Positions 1 to 10,102 of a DNA stretch of 64,000 bases are shown here, piece by piece. Numbering within the stretch: position 1 is the first letter of the stretch; each line of letters begins with the position of its first letter. Origin of the DNA: a candidate division WOR-3 bacterium. GTDB taxonomy: Bacteria > Hydrothermota > 32-111. Under the pieces are notes generated by a model. It was not told where the DNA came from, searched no databases, and saw only the letters and a list, made by a program, of their open reading frames with translations. The stretch spans positions 384,001-448,000 of the forward strand of contig JBBFKX010000001.1 in the NCBI GenBank assembly GCA_037481815.1, read 5' to 3'. The position numbers and the translations under genes were made by a program.

Positions 1-1113
1 GATCCTTTTTAAATATTCTGTTATCGACTCAAACGAGAAATTTTCTGGAATATTGAACGATCCATAATCATCATCATCTATTCCATAAAAAAGTATTCTT
101 TTAAAAAAACCTGGTAAATCTTTGTAATTTTTCTTTAGATCAATCTTTAAAATTTTTGCAAGTTCTAAAAGATCTGTTCTTTTTGATATATCAGTCCAAA
201 GATGAATCGCTCCTTCCCATAACGAAAGATCCTCGTTTGCAATTATGAGTTCTTCATCTGCTTCTATACTATATCCAAGCCCATGACATGCCGGACATGC
301 ACCTATAGGAGAGTTGAATGAGAAACTTCTTGGAGAGATTTCACCATAAGAGATGTTACAAAATGGACATGAAAGTGATGTATTGAATATCCTTTCAGGA
401 CCATCTTCTGGTAAAATTGAAACGATTCCTGAAGATTCTTTCAACGCTAATTCAAGAGATTGTGTCAATCGCATCCTGCTTACATTTTCGATCTTTATTC
501 TGTCTATAATTATGGAAATATTATGCAACCTGTTTTTTTCAAGTATTATATCCTCTTCAAGCCGTCTTGGCTGTCCGTCAACCAAAACTTTTGTATATCC
601 CTTCTTCATCAAATTTTTAAAAAATTCCTTGAACTCTCCTTTTTTGTTTCTAACAACAGGTGAAAGGATCGTTATAACTTTTTCTTCGTTCATGAGTATT
701 TCATCGACTATCTGATCAACACTCATCTTTTTAACAGGTCTTGAACAGTTATAGCAATATATATCTCCAACTCGTGCAAAAAGAACTCTCAAATAATCAT
801 ATATTTCTGTAATCGTAGCAACAGTTGATCTTGGATTTTTTGAAATATTTCTTTGTTCAATTGAAATAGCAGGTGAAAGTCCATCGATCCTTTCAACTTC
901 AGGTTTTTCAAGGACTCCTAAAAATTGCCTCGCATAGGAAGATAGTGATTCAACATACCTTCTTTGACCTTCAGCATAGAGAGTATCAAAAGCAAAAGAT
1001 GATTTCCCTGACCCGCTCACTCCGGTAATAACTATGAATTTTCTTTTAGGGATTTCGCAGGATATATTTTTAAGGTTGTGGACCTTGGCACCTTTAACAA
1101 CTATTTTTTCCAT
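1..1113 (-). CDS. uvrA: Excinuclease ABC subunit A (5' part; runs off window start)
   Basis: Manual translation from ATG 1113: [65 protein letters not shown], the UvrA N-terminus; zinc-finger motif [17 protein letters not shown] further in. Not in ORF track because it is open-ended. Confidence 0.97.
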   Translation of the reverse strand, partial: MEKIVVKGAKVHNLKNISCEIPKRKFIVITGVSGSGKSSFAFDTLYAEGQRRYVESLSSYARQFLGVLEKPEVERIDGLSPAISIEQRNISKNPRSTVATITEIYDYLRVLFARVGDIYCYNCSRPVKKMSVDQIVDEILMNEEKVITILSPVVRNKKGEFKEFFKNLMKKGYTKVLVDGQPRRLEEDIILEKNRLHNISIIIDRIKIENVSRMRLTQSLELALKESSGIVSILPEDGPERIFNTSLSCPFCNISYGEISPRSFSFNSPIGACPACHGLGYSIEADEELIIANEDLSLWEGAIHLWTDISKRTDLLELAKILKIDLKKNYKDLPGFFKRILFYGIDDDDYGSFNIPENFSFESITEYLKRI

Positions 1114-1116
1114 TCA

Positions 1117-1980
1117 TCAAATCAGGTCGTTTTTATGTTTGTTGTTCTCTTCAAGTATACTGTTGGCTATTTCAAAAATTTCTCTATCTATGATCCTCTC
1201 ATGCTTACCTTCAACTCTTCTTTCCTCAATTAAAACAGGTTTCCTCTTGTTTTTTTCGGTTTCGATGTACTTATAGTAGTTGTAGGACAGAAAACCTATA
1301 TAGAACTTGTTCGTCAAAATGTTGTACAACGCCTGTCTTGAAAAGATCTTTCCCCTTTTTGTTCTTATATTGTTCTCCTGAAGATATTCTTTTAACCTCC
1401 CAAGAGATTTGAACTCTATATATTTGTTGAAGATAAGTTTCACTATTTCTGCTTCTTCCTTTACCACAACGATTCTTTTATCGTTGACTTTTCCAACATA
1501 TTTATATCCTAATGGACAATTTCCACTCGACTTCAATCTTTTTTCAACTGTTCTTAACACTCTATGTGCTGCAAGTTTGTTGGGAAGTTTTTCCTTTTCA
1601 TACCTTGCAAATGCCCCTATAATTTTTTCCCTTAAAATTTCATATTCGATAGAATCAGATATTTTTTCATCAATGTATCTAACAGTAACACCATACTTGA
1701 TGAGTTCCTTTTCAACCCACATCGTAAAGACATCATCCAAAGAAATATTCTCTCTTGAATATGCAAGTATCTTTTTAACACTCTCATTAACCCTTGCATA
1801 ATTGAAGAGTTTAGCAAGCCCTCGATCCTCAGAATCAGGGTCATCAGTAAATTTTTTTATCACTCTGTAAATTTTTTGTTCATCTAAAAACTTTTGAACT
1901 TTTTCTTCAATCTTTTTATCTTCTTTTTCATCTTTTGAAAATCTTAAATAGAGATAAACATCTATAGATTTCAAATACAC
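1117..1980 (-). CDS. Serine recombinase family protein (resolvase-like N domain plus recombinase domain), catalytic motifs degenerate
   Basis: YLYLRFS N-terminal motif; PLGY...[10 protein letters not shown]...ILTNKFYIG...GKHERII recombinase-domain motifs; no zinc ribbon or coiled coil. Start may be TTG at 1974 (AGGAG 5 nt upstream). Confidence 0.85.
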   Translation of the reverse strand: MYLKSIDVYLYLRFSKDEKEDKKIEEKVQKFLDEQKIYRVIKKFTDDPDSEDRGLAKLFNYARVNESVKKILAYSRENISLDDVFTMWVEKELIKYGVTVRYIDEKISDSIEYEILREKIIGAFARYEKEKLPNKLAAHRVLRTVEKRLKSSGNCPLGYKYVGKVNDKRIVVVKEEAEIVKLIFNKYIEFKSLGRLKEYLQENNIRTKRGKIFSRQALYNILTNKFYIGFLSYNYYKYIETEKNKRKPVLIEERRVEGKHERIIDREIFEIANSILEENNKHKNDLI

Positions 1981-1993
1981 TCCTTTTTTTTAA

Positions 1994-2021
1994 ATGTTAT
2001 AACAATTTGTCAAAAAATCAA
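1994..2021 (-). promoter_or_regulatory. Putative sigma70 promoter of recombinase-uvrA
   Basis: TTGATT-N16-TAACAT; palindrome TGTTATAACA (1995-2004) overlaps the -10. Confidence 0.45.
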
Positions 2022-2034
2022 TATCCAATTTTAC

Positions 2035-2064
2035 TTGACAATTTTTTTTTTATCGTTATAAAAT
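2035..2064 (+). promoter_or_regulatory. Putative sigma70 promoter of the T9SS cargo-smpB-amidase-murI operon
   Basis: TTGACA 2035-2040, then TATAAA (N16) or TAAAAT (N18). Confidence 0.6.
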
Positions 2065-2097
2065 AGAAAGTAAAGAAAATAAAAAAGGAAGAGAACA

Positions 2098-4251
2098 ATG
2101 AAGAAATCGTTTTTGTTTTTATTTTTAATTTCAATTTTTCTGTTTTCATTTTCAGCAAACCTTCTTCAAAACAGCGATTTTGAGAACTGGACTGATAACA
2201 ACCATCCTTTAAACTGGTTTCCAGATTCTCTATTTCCAGATTCCTTCTATATCGAAAGATCCACATTTTCATTTTCCGGGAATTACAGTTTAAAGTCAAA
2301 CGTTTTTACAAAAAATCAATCTCTTACGGATGTTGTATCTGAATATGTTCCAGTTCTCCCAAATAAGGTATACAGAGTCAAATCTTTTGTTTACGATAAT
2401 GACCAGTATCTATATGCAAAAATTTATCTTAATTATTATAGTTCAACATATACTTTTCTTTCGAACAACTTCACTCTGGATTCTGTGGGGAACTCAAACT
2501 TATGGCAATCTTTCCCAGAAACACTGATCACAACACCTGCGAACTGTTATTATGTCAGAGTAGGATTCAGGTTCTACGATTTAGCCGGTTTTGCAGGATA
2601 TGGAACAATCTATATCGATTCAGTTTATTTTGGGGACACTCTTTCAACAACATCATCTCCAGTTATCTCAAATGTTCAAAGAACACCGTTAACTGTAACG
2701 CCCCAGGATATCGTGATAGTTTCAGCAGATATAACGGATGATGTTACAGTTTCAACAGATTCATTGTATTATAGAGTTAATGATGGAATCTGGTCAACAG
2801 TCTTTCATGATAGTATTAAAGTTTCTAAAAGATTTTTTACTATTCCTCCACAAACGTCTGGAACAGTGGATTATTTTATAATAGCAAGGGATAATGAAAA
2901 CAACAGAACTGTAAGTTCGACATACTCTTATACAATTTCTCTTCCAACAAAAGTTAAAAAAGTTTTATTCGACTATACAAAAAATCAAACAGCAGGAAAC
3001 GCTGATTGGGTAATCGATAGAGATTATCCAACTCCCCTCCCTCAGAATCCGACAAATGAAACCGATTGGGATGGAGCGATATCCGCATGGGGATTTGAAC
3101 TTGATACCGCATATATCACCAATTCAATAACTGGAGAAATTATCACATTTCAAATTTTTACATTACCCCCCGATTCCCCTATTAGATACAATTCATCAAG
3201 TCCACTTGATCTGAAAAATTTTGATCTATACATAGTATGTGAACCACAAAATCCTTTCACATCAACAGAAAAAACGAATATTTTTAATTATATACGCGAT
3301 GGAGGATCGCTCTTTATGATCGCAGACCATGTATCATCCGATAGAGATGGAGATGGTTGGGATTCGCCAGAGATATGGCAGGACTTTGGTTCAGATTCAT
3401 TTGGAATACATTTTCAACAGGTTGGAGAAGGATTCAATAATATTTCTGATTCAACGAATTCATTTTCAACAACTAACGATACGATAACAAATGGTCCTTT
3501 TGGAAATGTTTCTGGATACTTTTATTTTCATGCTGGGACAATGATACCGAAATCTTTAAAGTCAACAGCGATTGCACTTTACGGAACAAATTATTCTATG
3601 TTAACTATTTCAAGATACGGAAAAGGCAAAGTTGCAGGTTGTGGAGATTCATCTCCTTTTGACGATGGAACAGGTAACCCTTCAGATGTTTTATACGATG
3701 GATGGAACGAAGGTGTTTCAAGAAAACTCTTACTGAACACTACATACTGGCTTGTTATAGATTCAACAGATTTACTAGGGTTGAATGAAATTTCCTATTT
3801 TTTCAAACAGATAGATGAAACACTTTTTGTAACTATAAATCCAGATAAAGATTATAAAGAGATAAAACTCTATAAAAATGTAAAAAACAACTATAAACTT
3901 ATAGACAGTTCAAAATTCAAAAAAACTATTGTTTTGAAAGATAAAAATTTTAAAGAGAGATCAGGTTACAAAATAGATTTTGTTTCTGATAACGGAGTAA
4001 CTGAAAAAACGATAAACTTTTTCTTCTCTCCCAAAGATTTAACAAATGAAAAAGTGGTTTTTGATTCCCAAACTAACCTAATAACCTTTAAAGATAGTAT
4101 ACAGAAAAATGTCAAAATTATTGATATTTCTGGAAAAACTATTTTAGAATGTAACGCAAAAGAATATGTTGATGTAAAAAGATTGAATAAAGGTTTATAC
4201 TTTGTTATTGTTGAAAATAAACCTGTTTTAAAATTCTTAAAATTAAGATGA
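2098..4251 (+). CDS. Secreted protein with T9SS type A C-terminal sorting domain; N-terminal CBM-like domain and central GATase-like/DUF4350-like domain
   Basis: Signal peptide; NLLQNSDFENW CBM-like start; KKVLFDYTKNQTAGNADWVID...GGSLFMIADH; C-terminus IIDISGK...LNKGLYFV...KFLKLR matches the T9SS CTD pattern. Confidence 0.75.
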   Translation: MKKSFLFLFLISIFLFSFSANLLQNSDFENWTDNNHPLNWFPDSLFPDSFYIERSTFSFSGNYSLKSNVFTKNQSLTDVVSEYVPVLPNKVYRVKSFVYDNDQYLYAKIYLNYYSSTYTFLSNNFTLDSVGNSNLWQSFPETLITTPANCYYVRVGFRFYDLAGFAGYGTIYIDSVYFGDTLSTTSSPVISNVQRTPLTVTPQDIVIVSADITDDVTVSTDSLYYRVNDGIWSTVFHDSIKVSKRFFTIPPQTSGTVDYFIIARDNENNRTVSSTYSYTISLPTKVKKVLFDYTKNQTAGNADWVIDRDYPTPLPQNPTNETDWDGAISAWGFELDTAYITNSITGEIITFQIFTLPPDSPIRYNSSSPLDLKNFDLYIVCEPQNPFTSTEKTNIFNYIRDGGSLFMIADHVSSDRDGDGWDSPEIWQDFGSDSFGIHFQQVGEGFNNISDSTNSFSTTNDTITNGPFGNVSGYFYFHAGTMIPKSLKSTAIALYGTNYSMLTISRYGKGKVAGCGDSSPFDDGTGNPSDVLYDGWNEGVSRKLLLNTTYWLVIDSTDLLGLNEISYFFKQIDETLFVTINPDKDYKEIKLYKNVKNNYKLIDSSKFKKTIVLKDKNFKERSGYKIDFVSDNGVTEKTINFFFSPKDLTNEKVVFDSQTNLITFKDSIQKNVKIIDISGKTILECNAKEYVDVKRLNKGLYFVIVENKPVLKFLKLR

Positions 4252-4703
4252 AAGTTTTACAAAAAAATAAAAAAGTTTTTTTCGATTATGAGGTATTGGA
4301 GGACTTCGAGGCAGGGATTGTGCTAAAAGGTGATGAGGTCAAATCGATCAGAAGAGGTGCATTTTCGATCAAAGAAGCGTACTGTAAAATAGATAAAGAA
4401 AAAATTGAAATTTATATCCATGATATGACGATCGACAAAAATCCATTTGGAACACATACGAATATTGATCCCAAAAGAAAAAGAAAACTTCTGATGCATA
4501 AAAATGAGATCAAAAGATTATTGCGAAAAGTTGAAGAAAAAGGTTTGACTTTAAAACCTGTTGAAGTATACTTAAATGAAAGGAACATTGTAAAAGTTAA
4601 AATCGCTTTATGTAAAGGTAAAAAGTTGTACGACAAAAAAGAAGTTATAAAGAGAAAAGATTATGAAAGAGAGATTTCAAGAGATCTTAAAAAGTACAGG
4701 TAA
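4248..4703 (+). CDS. smpB: SsrA-binding protein
   Basis: NKK..FDYEVLEDFEAGIVLKGDEVKSIR; RKRKLLMHKNEI; GKKLYDKKE. Confidence 0.97.
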   Translation: MKVLQKNKKVFFDYEVLEDFEAGIVLKGDEVKSIRRGAFSIKEAYCKIDKEKIEIYIHDMTIDKNPFGTHTNIDPKRKRKLLMHKNEIKRLLRKVEEKGLTLKPVEVYLNERNIVKVKIALCKGKKLYDKKEVIKRKDYEREISRDLKKYR

Positions 4704-6123
4704 TTTTTTTAGAACATATTTTTTTATTTTGACTTTAATTTTAATTTCACAAAACATTTATTCAGAGAATTTTTTTGAAATCATAAAAAACGGAATCTCC
4801 GATTCATTAGAGATAACCAAATTTGACGAAATAGAGTATATAGATCTCAACATCTTCATAAACTCCATAAACGGTAAGATAAAATTTAAAAAGGTTCAGG
4901 AAGAGATCACAATTGAAACAAACAGGAACTATGCTATTTTACTTATAAATTCTCCCTATGTAAAAATAGGTGGTTCCACCTATAAAATATCATACACTCC
5001 CATCCTAAAAGATCAACAGATCTTCCTACCAGTCAAAAGTATAAAACAAATATTCGAAAAACTTTTACCTGAAGATACATACTACACCGATTACATTATC
5101 AAATATGTTGAAAAGATACATTTAAAAAAAGTTAAAGAAAACGAAAACAGTATTACACTTTTTTTCAACAAAACCCCGCAAACAGATTATGAGTTAACCC
5201 AAAGGGACTTAATATTATTCTTTAAAAATTGTTTTATCCGAGAGGACTCATTTAAATTTAAAAATTCTAAAAATCTCATAAGAGTTGCAGAAGCGATCAA
5301 TGATAATGATGGATCAACATACATCATCACATTTTCTCCAGAATTTTTATTCGATACTCTCATTCTATTTGAGGATTCGATCAGGATAAATTTCATTAAA
5401 TTAAAAAAAAATGATAACAATAATGAACCACAAACTATAAAAACTATCATTATCGATCCCGGGCATGGCGGAAAAGACCCAGGTGCGATTGGATACAATG
5501 GGACAAAAGAAAAAAATTTGAATCTTGATATATCTTTAAGGTTAAAAGAAAAAATAAAATCAAATTTGAGTTATGTTGATGTAGTTTTAACAAGATACGA
5601 CGATAGATTTCTTTCGCTCAAGGAAAGGACAAATTTTGCAAACAAATACAAAAATGCGATTTTCGTGTCAATACATTGTAATGCGTCTAAAAACAGTGAA
5701 GCAAAAGGATTTGAAACATACTTCCTTTCAACAGCAAAAACTGATTGGGAAAGAGCCGTAGAAGCAAGAGAAAACGCCTCGGTCACATTTGATCTGCCAG
5801 AGGCAGAAAAAAAAGGATTGGATTTTATATTCTTTGATTTAGCTCAAAACGAATTTTTAAATGAATCATCAAGGTTAGCAGAACTCATCCAAACAAAATA
5901 TGAGAAAAAATACAAAGATTCTGAAAGAGGAGTAAAACAAGCCGGATTCTATGTTTTAAAGGGAAATTTTATGCCCGCGATACTTATAGAATGTGGTTAC
6001 ATTTCAAACAAAGAAGAGGAAAAGAGATTAAACAACAAAAGTTACAGGGATGAACTTTCTCAGGTAATATTTGAAGGTATAAGGGATTTTATAAAGGAAT
6101 ATGAAAAAAAATTTGCAAAATAA
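4663..6123 (+). CDS. N-acetylmuramoyl-L-alanine amidase (Amidase_3, AmiC-like)
   Basis: IIIDPGHGGKDPGA, EK, FVSIHCNA, ARENA autoinhibitory helix, MPAILIECGYISN; N-terminal signal or TM segment. Confidence 0.93.
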   Translation: MKERFQEILKSTGNFFRTYFFILTLILISQNIYSENFFEIIKNGISDSLEITKFDEIEYIDLNIFINSINGKIKFKKVQEEITIETNRNYAILLINSPYVKIGGSTYKISYTPILKDQQIFLPVKSIKQIFEKLLPEDTYYTDYIIKYVEKIHLKKVKENENSITLFFNKTPQTDYELTQRDLILFFKNCFIREDSFKFKNSKNLIRVAEAINDNDGSTYIITFSPEFLFDTLILFEDSIRINFIKLKKNDNNNEPQTIKTIIIDPGHGGKDPGAIGYNGTKEKNLNLDISLRLKEKIKSNLSYVDVVLTRYDDRFLSLKERTNFANKYKNAIFVSIHCNASKNSEAKGFETYFLSTAKTDWERAVEARENASVTFDLPEAEKKGLDFIFFDLAQNEFLNESSRLAELIQTKYEKKYKDSERGVKQAGFYVLKGNFMPAILIECGYISNKEEEKRLNNKSYRDELSQVIFEGIRDFIKEYEKKFAK

Positions 6124-6925
6124 ACCGATAGGGATATTCGATTCGGGAATCGGCGGTCTGACAGTTTTGAAAGAAATACGAAAAGTTTTACCGCATGAGG
6201 ATTTAATATATTTTGGTGATACCGCAAGGGTTCCATACGGAATCAAATCTGTTGAAACGATTCGGAAATACGCACTTCAGGACACAAACTTTTTACTCCA
6301 CAAAGATGTAAAACTCATAGTTGTTGCTTGTAATACTGTTTCATCAAACGCGATGGATATATTAAAATCCAGATATAGAAATATACCATTTGTAGATGTT
6401 CTGATACCAAACGCTTTGTACGCTTCACAGATAACAAACAATCTAAAAATAGGAGTCATTGGAACTCCAGCAACAATCGGTTCGGGGTCATACAGAAAAG
6501 TTTTAAAGAGATTCAATCCTAAGATAAAAGTTTTTTCAAAGATGACTCCACTCCTTGTCCCGTTAGCGGAAGAGGGTTTTTTCAAAGGAGAGATCGTAAG
6601 ATTGGTACTAAAAAATTATCTAACAGAACTCATAAACAAAAATATCGACACACTCATTCTTGGATGTACTCATTACCCATTATTTGAAAAAGAGATTTCA
6701 AAAATCTGTGGTAAAAAAATCTCAATAGTAAATTCTGCAAGACAAACAGCAAGAACGGTTAAACATATTCTTGAAGATAATAACATAGAAAATACAAAAG
6801 AATTCTCTGGAGAAATAAAACTTTATCTTTCAGATATACCTGCACACTTTTCTAAAATAGTTTACAGGTTTCTCAAGATCGATTTAAAAGACAAAATAGA
6901 AAAAGTTGATATTGAAAAATATTAA
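6101..6925 (+). CDS. murI: Glutamate racemase
   Basis: IGIFDSGIGGLTV, VACNT and ILGCTHYP catalytic cysteines. Confidence 0.97.
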   Translation: MKKNLQNKPIGIFDSGIGGLTVLKEIRKVLPHEDLIYFGDTARVPYGIKSVETIRKYALQDTNFLLHKDVKLIVVACNTVSSNAMDILKSRYRNIPFVDVLIPNALYASQITNNLKIGVIGTPATIGSGSYRKVLKRFNPKIKVFSKMTPLLVPLAEEGFFKGEIVRLVLKNYLTELINKNIDTLILGCTHYPLFEKEISKICGKKISIVNSARQTARTVKHILEDNNIENTKEFSGEIKLYLSDIPAHFSKIVYRFLKIDLKDKIEKVDIEKY

Positions 6926-7515
6926 TCAGTAGATGTCTTTTCTCCTTGAAGGAAAAATACTTCCAACCTTTCTCCTGTCATATCTTTTGTTGTCACGGGA
7001 ATGGAGTCCTGATTGAAGCCTATAACAGTATATTTTTTCACTTCAAGTTTTATAGATTCTAATTTTTTTATTTCTTCTTTTGTTTTGTTTGGCTTATTAG
7101 CAAGTTCGTTGTAAGTGGCAAGATCTGGAATAAAAAAACCTATAGCAAAAGTTCCCGGTGTTCCCCTCTGTGATCCATGTTTACCTGAAAGAGTGTTATC
7201 CACTATATCAAGAGTGTTTTCAAGATTATATATTTTTATATCTCCTTCTTTGTATTCCTCATTTGTGTATGGATTCTTTATGTTGAACTCTTTTAAATAT
7301 TGATATATCTTGTTGTCAATTTTATCGGGAAGCTCTCCATTGTTATCAAGCGCAACATATTTTTCATATGCTGCTCTTAAAGCATATATATTGGAAATCA
7401 TATTATAATTGTTGTTCGTTTCTTTATTTTTAACATATCCAGGATATATTAAAATGTAAAGAAGAATTGCTGTTGCTATTATAATTCCTATCTCTAAAAA
7501 TGGAAATTTTTTCAT
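6922..7515 (-). CDS. Hypothetical pilin/pseudopilin-like membrane-anchored protein
   Basis: MKK-FPFLE-hydrophobic helix-YP.Y; later NPYT motif; own promoter and AGGAG RBS. Confidence 0.55.
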   Translation of the reverse strand: MKKFPFLEIGIIIATAILLYILIYPGYVKNKETNNNYNMISNIYALRAAYEKYVALDNNGELPDKIDNKIYQYLKEFNIKNPYTNEEYKEGDIKIYNLENTLDIVDNTLSGKHGSQRGTPGTFAIGFFIPDLATYNELANKPNKTKEEIKKLESIKLEVKKYTVIGFNQDSIPVTTKDMTGERLEVFFLQGEKTSTD

Positions 7516-7541
7516 CTGTTTACTCCTGTTTTTTAGGTTTT

Positions 7542-7569
7542 ATTATATTAAAAGGATGAATTTTGTCAA
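7542..7569 (-). promoter_or_regulatory. sigma70 promoter of pilin-like gene
   Basis: Perfect TTGACA-N16-TATAAT. Confidence 0.75.
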
Positions 7570-7582
7570 CATCTTTCTAAAA

Positions 7583-8449
7583 TCAGTTATAGGAAAGGTG
7601 GTTTAAATCTTTTATGATTTTTTTGAAGAATGTTCTCTGTCGTTTTACAAGCGAAAGAGTGTTTTTTACAATTTGTTCTTTCATCTTTTCTTTCGATATA
7701 AGACCTTTAATATAATCGAGTGTTTCGAAATAACCTATAACAGGTTTTTCATAAAAAATCTGTTCCCCATACAGAACTTTTATTCTTTGAACTTCTTCAA
7801 CAAGTCCTGAAGAGACCATTCGTTCAACCCTTTGAACTATCCTTTCATGTAATTCTTTTCTATCTTTATAAAGATATTCTATTTTTTCGAGTTTAAAGCC
7901 GATTTTTTTTCTTTTTCTATAGAATGAACTTATCGGTTTTTTTGTTTCAAAGTAAACTTCAAGTGCCCTTGTAATTCTCTGTTTATCGTTTTTGTTCAAT
8001 TCCTGTGCCCTCTGTGGATCCACTCTATTCAAAAGATCATAAAGATAAGGAAGACCTTTTTCTTTCAACATAACTTGTACCTTTTCCCTTGTTTCCTTTG
8101 AAACTTCTGGAATATCATCAAGTCCGTAAATAATCGAATTCAGATAAAATGGCGTTCCAACACTTAAAATTATCCTTCTATCCTCTCTGTTTAAATATTC
8201 ATTAAAATTTCTTAAAAAATCTCCTGCTGAAAAATTTTGATCATATTCAACAATATCTATAAAATAATGAAAAACCTTATCCAGAAAATCTCTATCAGGT
8301 TTTGCTGTTCCTATATCAAGGAATTTGTATATCTGTCTTGAATCACAATTAAAAACAACAAAATTTTCTTTTTTAGATCTTTCCTTTAAGTATTCGGTTT
8401 TCCCTGATGCTGTTTCTCCGAGTAAAAGTTCTATCTTCTTTTGAACCAT
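7583..8449 (-). CDS. miaA: tRNA dimethylallyltransferase
   Basis: GETASGKT, DSRQIYKFLDIGTAKP, RITRALEV, KRQRTFF; follows mutL. Confidence 0.95.
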   Translation of the reverse strand: MVQKKIELLLGETASGKTEYLKERSKKENFVVFNCDSRQIYKFLDIGTAKPDRDFLDKVFHYFIDIVEYDQNFSAGDFLRNFNEYLNREDRRIILSVGTPFYLNSIIYGLDDIPEVSKETREKVQVMLKEKGLPYLYDLLNRVDPQRAQELNKNDKQRITRALEVYFETKKPISSFYRKRKKIGFKLEKIEYLYKDRKELHERIVQRVERMVSSGLVEEVQRIKVLYGEQIFYEKPVIGYFETLDYIKGLISKEKMKEQIVKNTLSLVKRQRTFFKKIIKDLNHLSYN

Positions 8450-10101
8450 CTTTCAAAATCATCTGTTTCAAAAATAATGAAAGTCGGCCTACCATGAGGA
8501 CATGAGTGAGGATTTTCACAACTGAAAAGCTGGTTGAATATCTCTTCCATCTCATTAACATTTAACTTTTTACCTGCTTTTATTGAAGATTTACATGCAA
8601 TAATTTTTAAAATTTCATCGAACTCTGATCCAAAACCAACATTATAGATTTCATTGATAAAATCTTCAAAATCTTCTTTGTTGAAATCCTCTTCTATTAT
8701 TGAAGGTATAGATTCAACAAGAATTTTGTTGTTATCAAAAACCCTTATCGAAAAACCTAAATTTTCAAATCTTTCGATATTCTCATTTACGAAAAGATAA
8801 ATTTCGGAATTCAATCGCAGAGTAAGAGGAAATAAAAGTTTTTGAGAAGTGATTTTTGATTTTTCTTTTAAAAGTTTTTCATATGCGATCCTTTCCGCTG
8901 CAGCGTGCTGGTCTATTATATACAGTTTATTTTTAACCGAAGCAAAAATGTATGAATTTTGAAATTGCCAGAATTTTGAACTCTCTTGACCCTGAACTAC
9001 ATTTTTTTTCTCAGAAAGATAAAAGTCAACCTCTGAAAATAGTTTTTCCTCTCTTACAAAAATATCCGGTTTAGAAAAATCAACATCACTTTCTTTTTTT
9101 TCAAATTCAACTGATTTTTTATCAACCGTCAATCCACTCTTGACTGCTCGGTTCACCACATAAAAAAGATCATTCTCCGAAGAGAATTTAACCTCTTTTT
9201 TCATCGGATGAACATTAAAATCAACCAGTTCTGGTGATATCTCTATATAAACGATATACGGAGTAAAACCCTTTTTCAGTTGAGTTCCAAAAGCACTAAA
9301 AATTGCTTTTTTTATCTGGGGGAAATTTATATACCTTCTGTTTACGAATACGATACCAACTTTATATTTTAAATCGTTGAAAAGGTTTGGATTCCCGACA
9401 AACCCCTTAACCCGTATACCCTTTTCAAAATAGTCCACAAGAAAACTATTTTTTACAAAAGTTTCACCTTTCAATTCTTTAACTCTTTCTTTTAAATCTT
9501 TTGATTTTAAATTGTAAACGATGTGACCATCGACTATGAGTTTAAAATTTATCTCAGGGTTTGCTAAGGAATGGTAAACGAATTCTTCTTCAACTTTTTT
9601 TTGTTCATAAAGATCAGATTTTAAGAATTTTCTCCTTGCAGGAATATTTTTAAAAAGATCTTTTACAACTATACTTGTTCCTTTCTCAATCGATGACTTT
9701 TCTATTCCTATAAGATTTCCAGAATCTATCCTTATCGAATTACCTATCTCGTCTTCTTTAACTTTCGATTCTATAAACAACTCTGATACAAGACCTATCG
9801 AATATAAAGCTTCTCCCCTGAAACCGTAAGTGTTCAAATTTTTAAGATCATCGATCGTACTGATTTTACTTGTAGCGTGTTTCTTCGTTGCAAAAATCAG
9901 ATCTTCTCGATCCATCCCTTCACCATCATCGATAACATTTATTAACTCCTTCCCACCTTTATTTATAGAAACAGTTATATTTGTTGAAAAAGCATCTATT
10001 GAATTTTGAACCAATTCCCTTACAACTGAGGAAGGCCTATCGATAACCTCACCTGCCGCTATGAAAGAGTAGACCGACTCAGGTAAAAGTTTTATCTTCA
10101 C
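8431..10101 (-). CDS. mutL: DNA mismatch repair protein MutL (endonuclease-type)
   Basis: IAAGEVIDRP, HATSKI, GFRGEAL, DQHAAAERI, ACK and CPHGRP motifs. Confidence 0.97.
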   Translation of the reverse strand: MKIKLLPESVYSFIAAGEVIDRPSSVVRELVQNSIDAFSTNITVSINKGGKELINVIDDGEGMDREDLIFATKKHATSKISTIDDLKNLNTYGFRGEALYSIGLVSELFIESKVKEDEIGNSIRIDSGNLIGIEKSSIEKGTSIVVKDLFKNIPARRKFLKSDLYEQKKVEEEFVYHSLANPEINFKLIVDGHIVYNLKSKDLKERVKELKGETFVKNSFLVDYFEKGIRVKGFVGNPNLFNDLKYKVGIVFVNRRYINFPQIKKAIFSAFGTQLKKGFTPYIVYIEISPELVDFNVHPMKKEVKFSSENDLFYVVNRAVKSGLTVDKKSVEFEKKESDVDFSKPDIFVREEKLFSEVDFYLSEKKNVVQGQESSKFWQFQNSYIFASVKNKLYIIDQHAAAERIAYEKLLKEKSKITSQKLLFPLTLRLNSEIYLFVNENIERFENLGFSIRVFDNNKILVESIPSIIEEDFNKEDFEDFINEIYNVGFGSEFDEILKIIACKSSIKAGKKLNVNEMEEIFNQLFSCENPHSCPHGRPTFIIFETDDFERWFKRR

Positions 10102-10102
10102 T

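Noticed and set aside
1999..2011. AACAATTTGTC upstream of recombinase-uvrA as a second SOS box
   Set aside because: The spacing is one base longer and the arms do not match the lexA palindrome.
2218..2243. Direct repeat TTTCCAGATTC twice (FPDS twice)
   Set aside because: Two copies within coding sequence; not an array or contingency locus.
1117..4703. Integrated element or prophage suggested by a recombinase near smpB
   Set aside because: No tmRNA or tRNA, att repeats, phage or transposase genes; the flanks are core genes.
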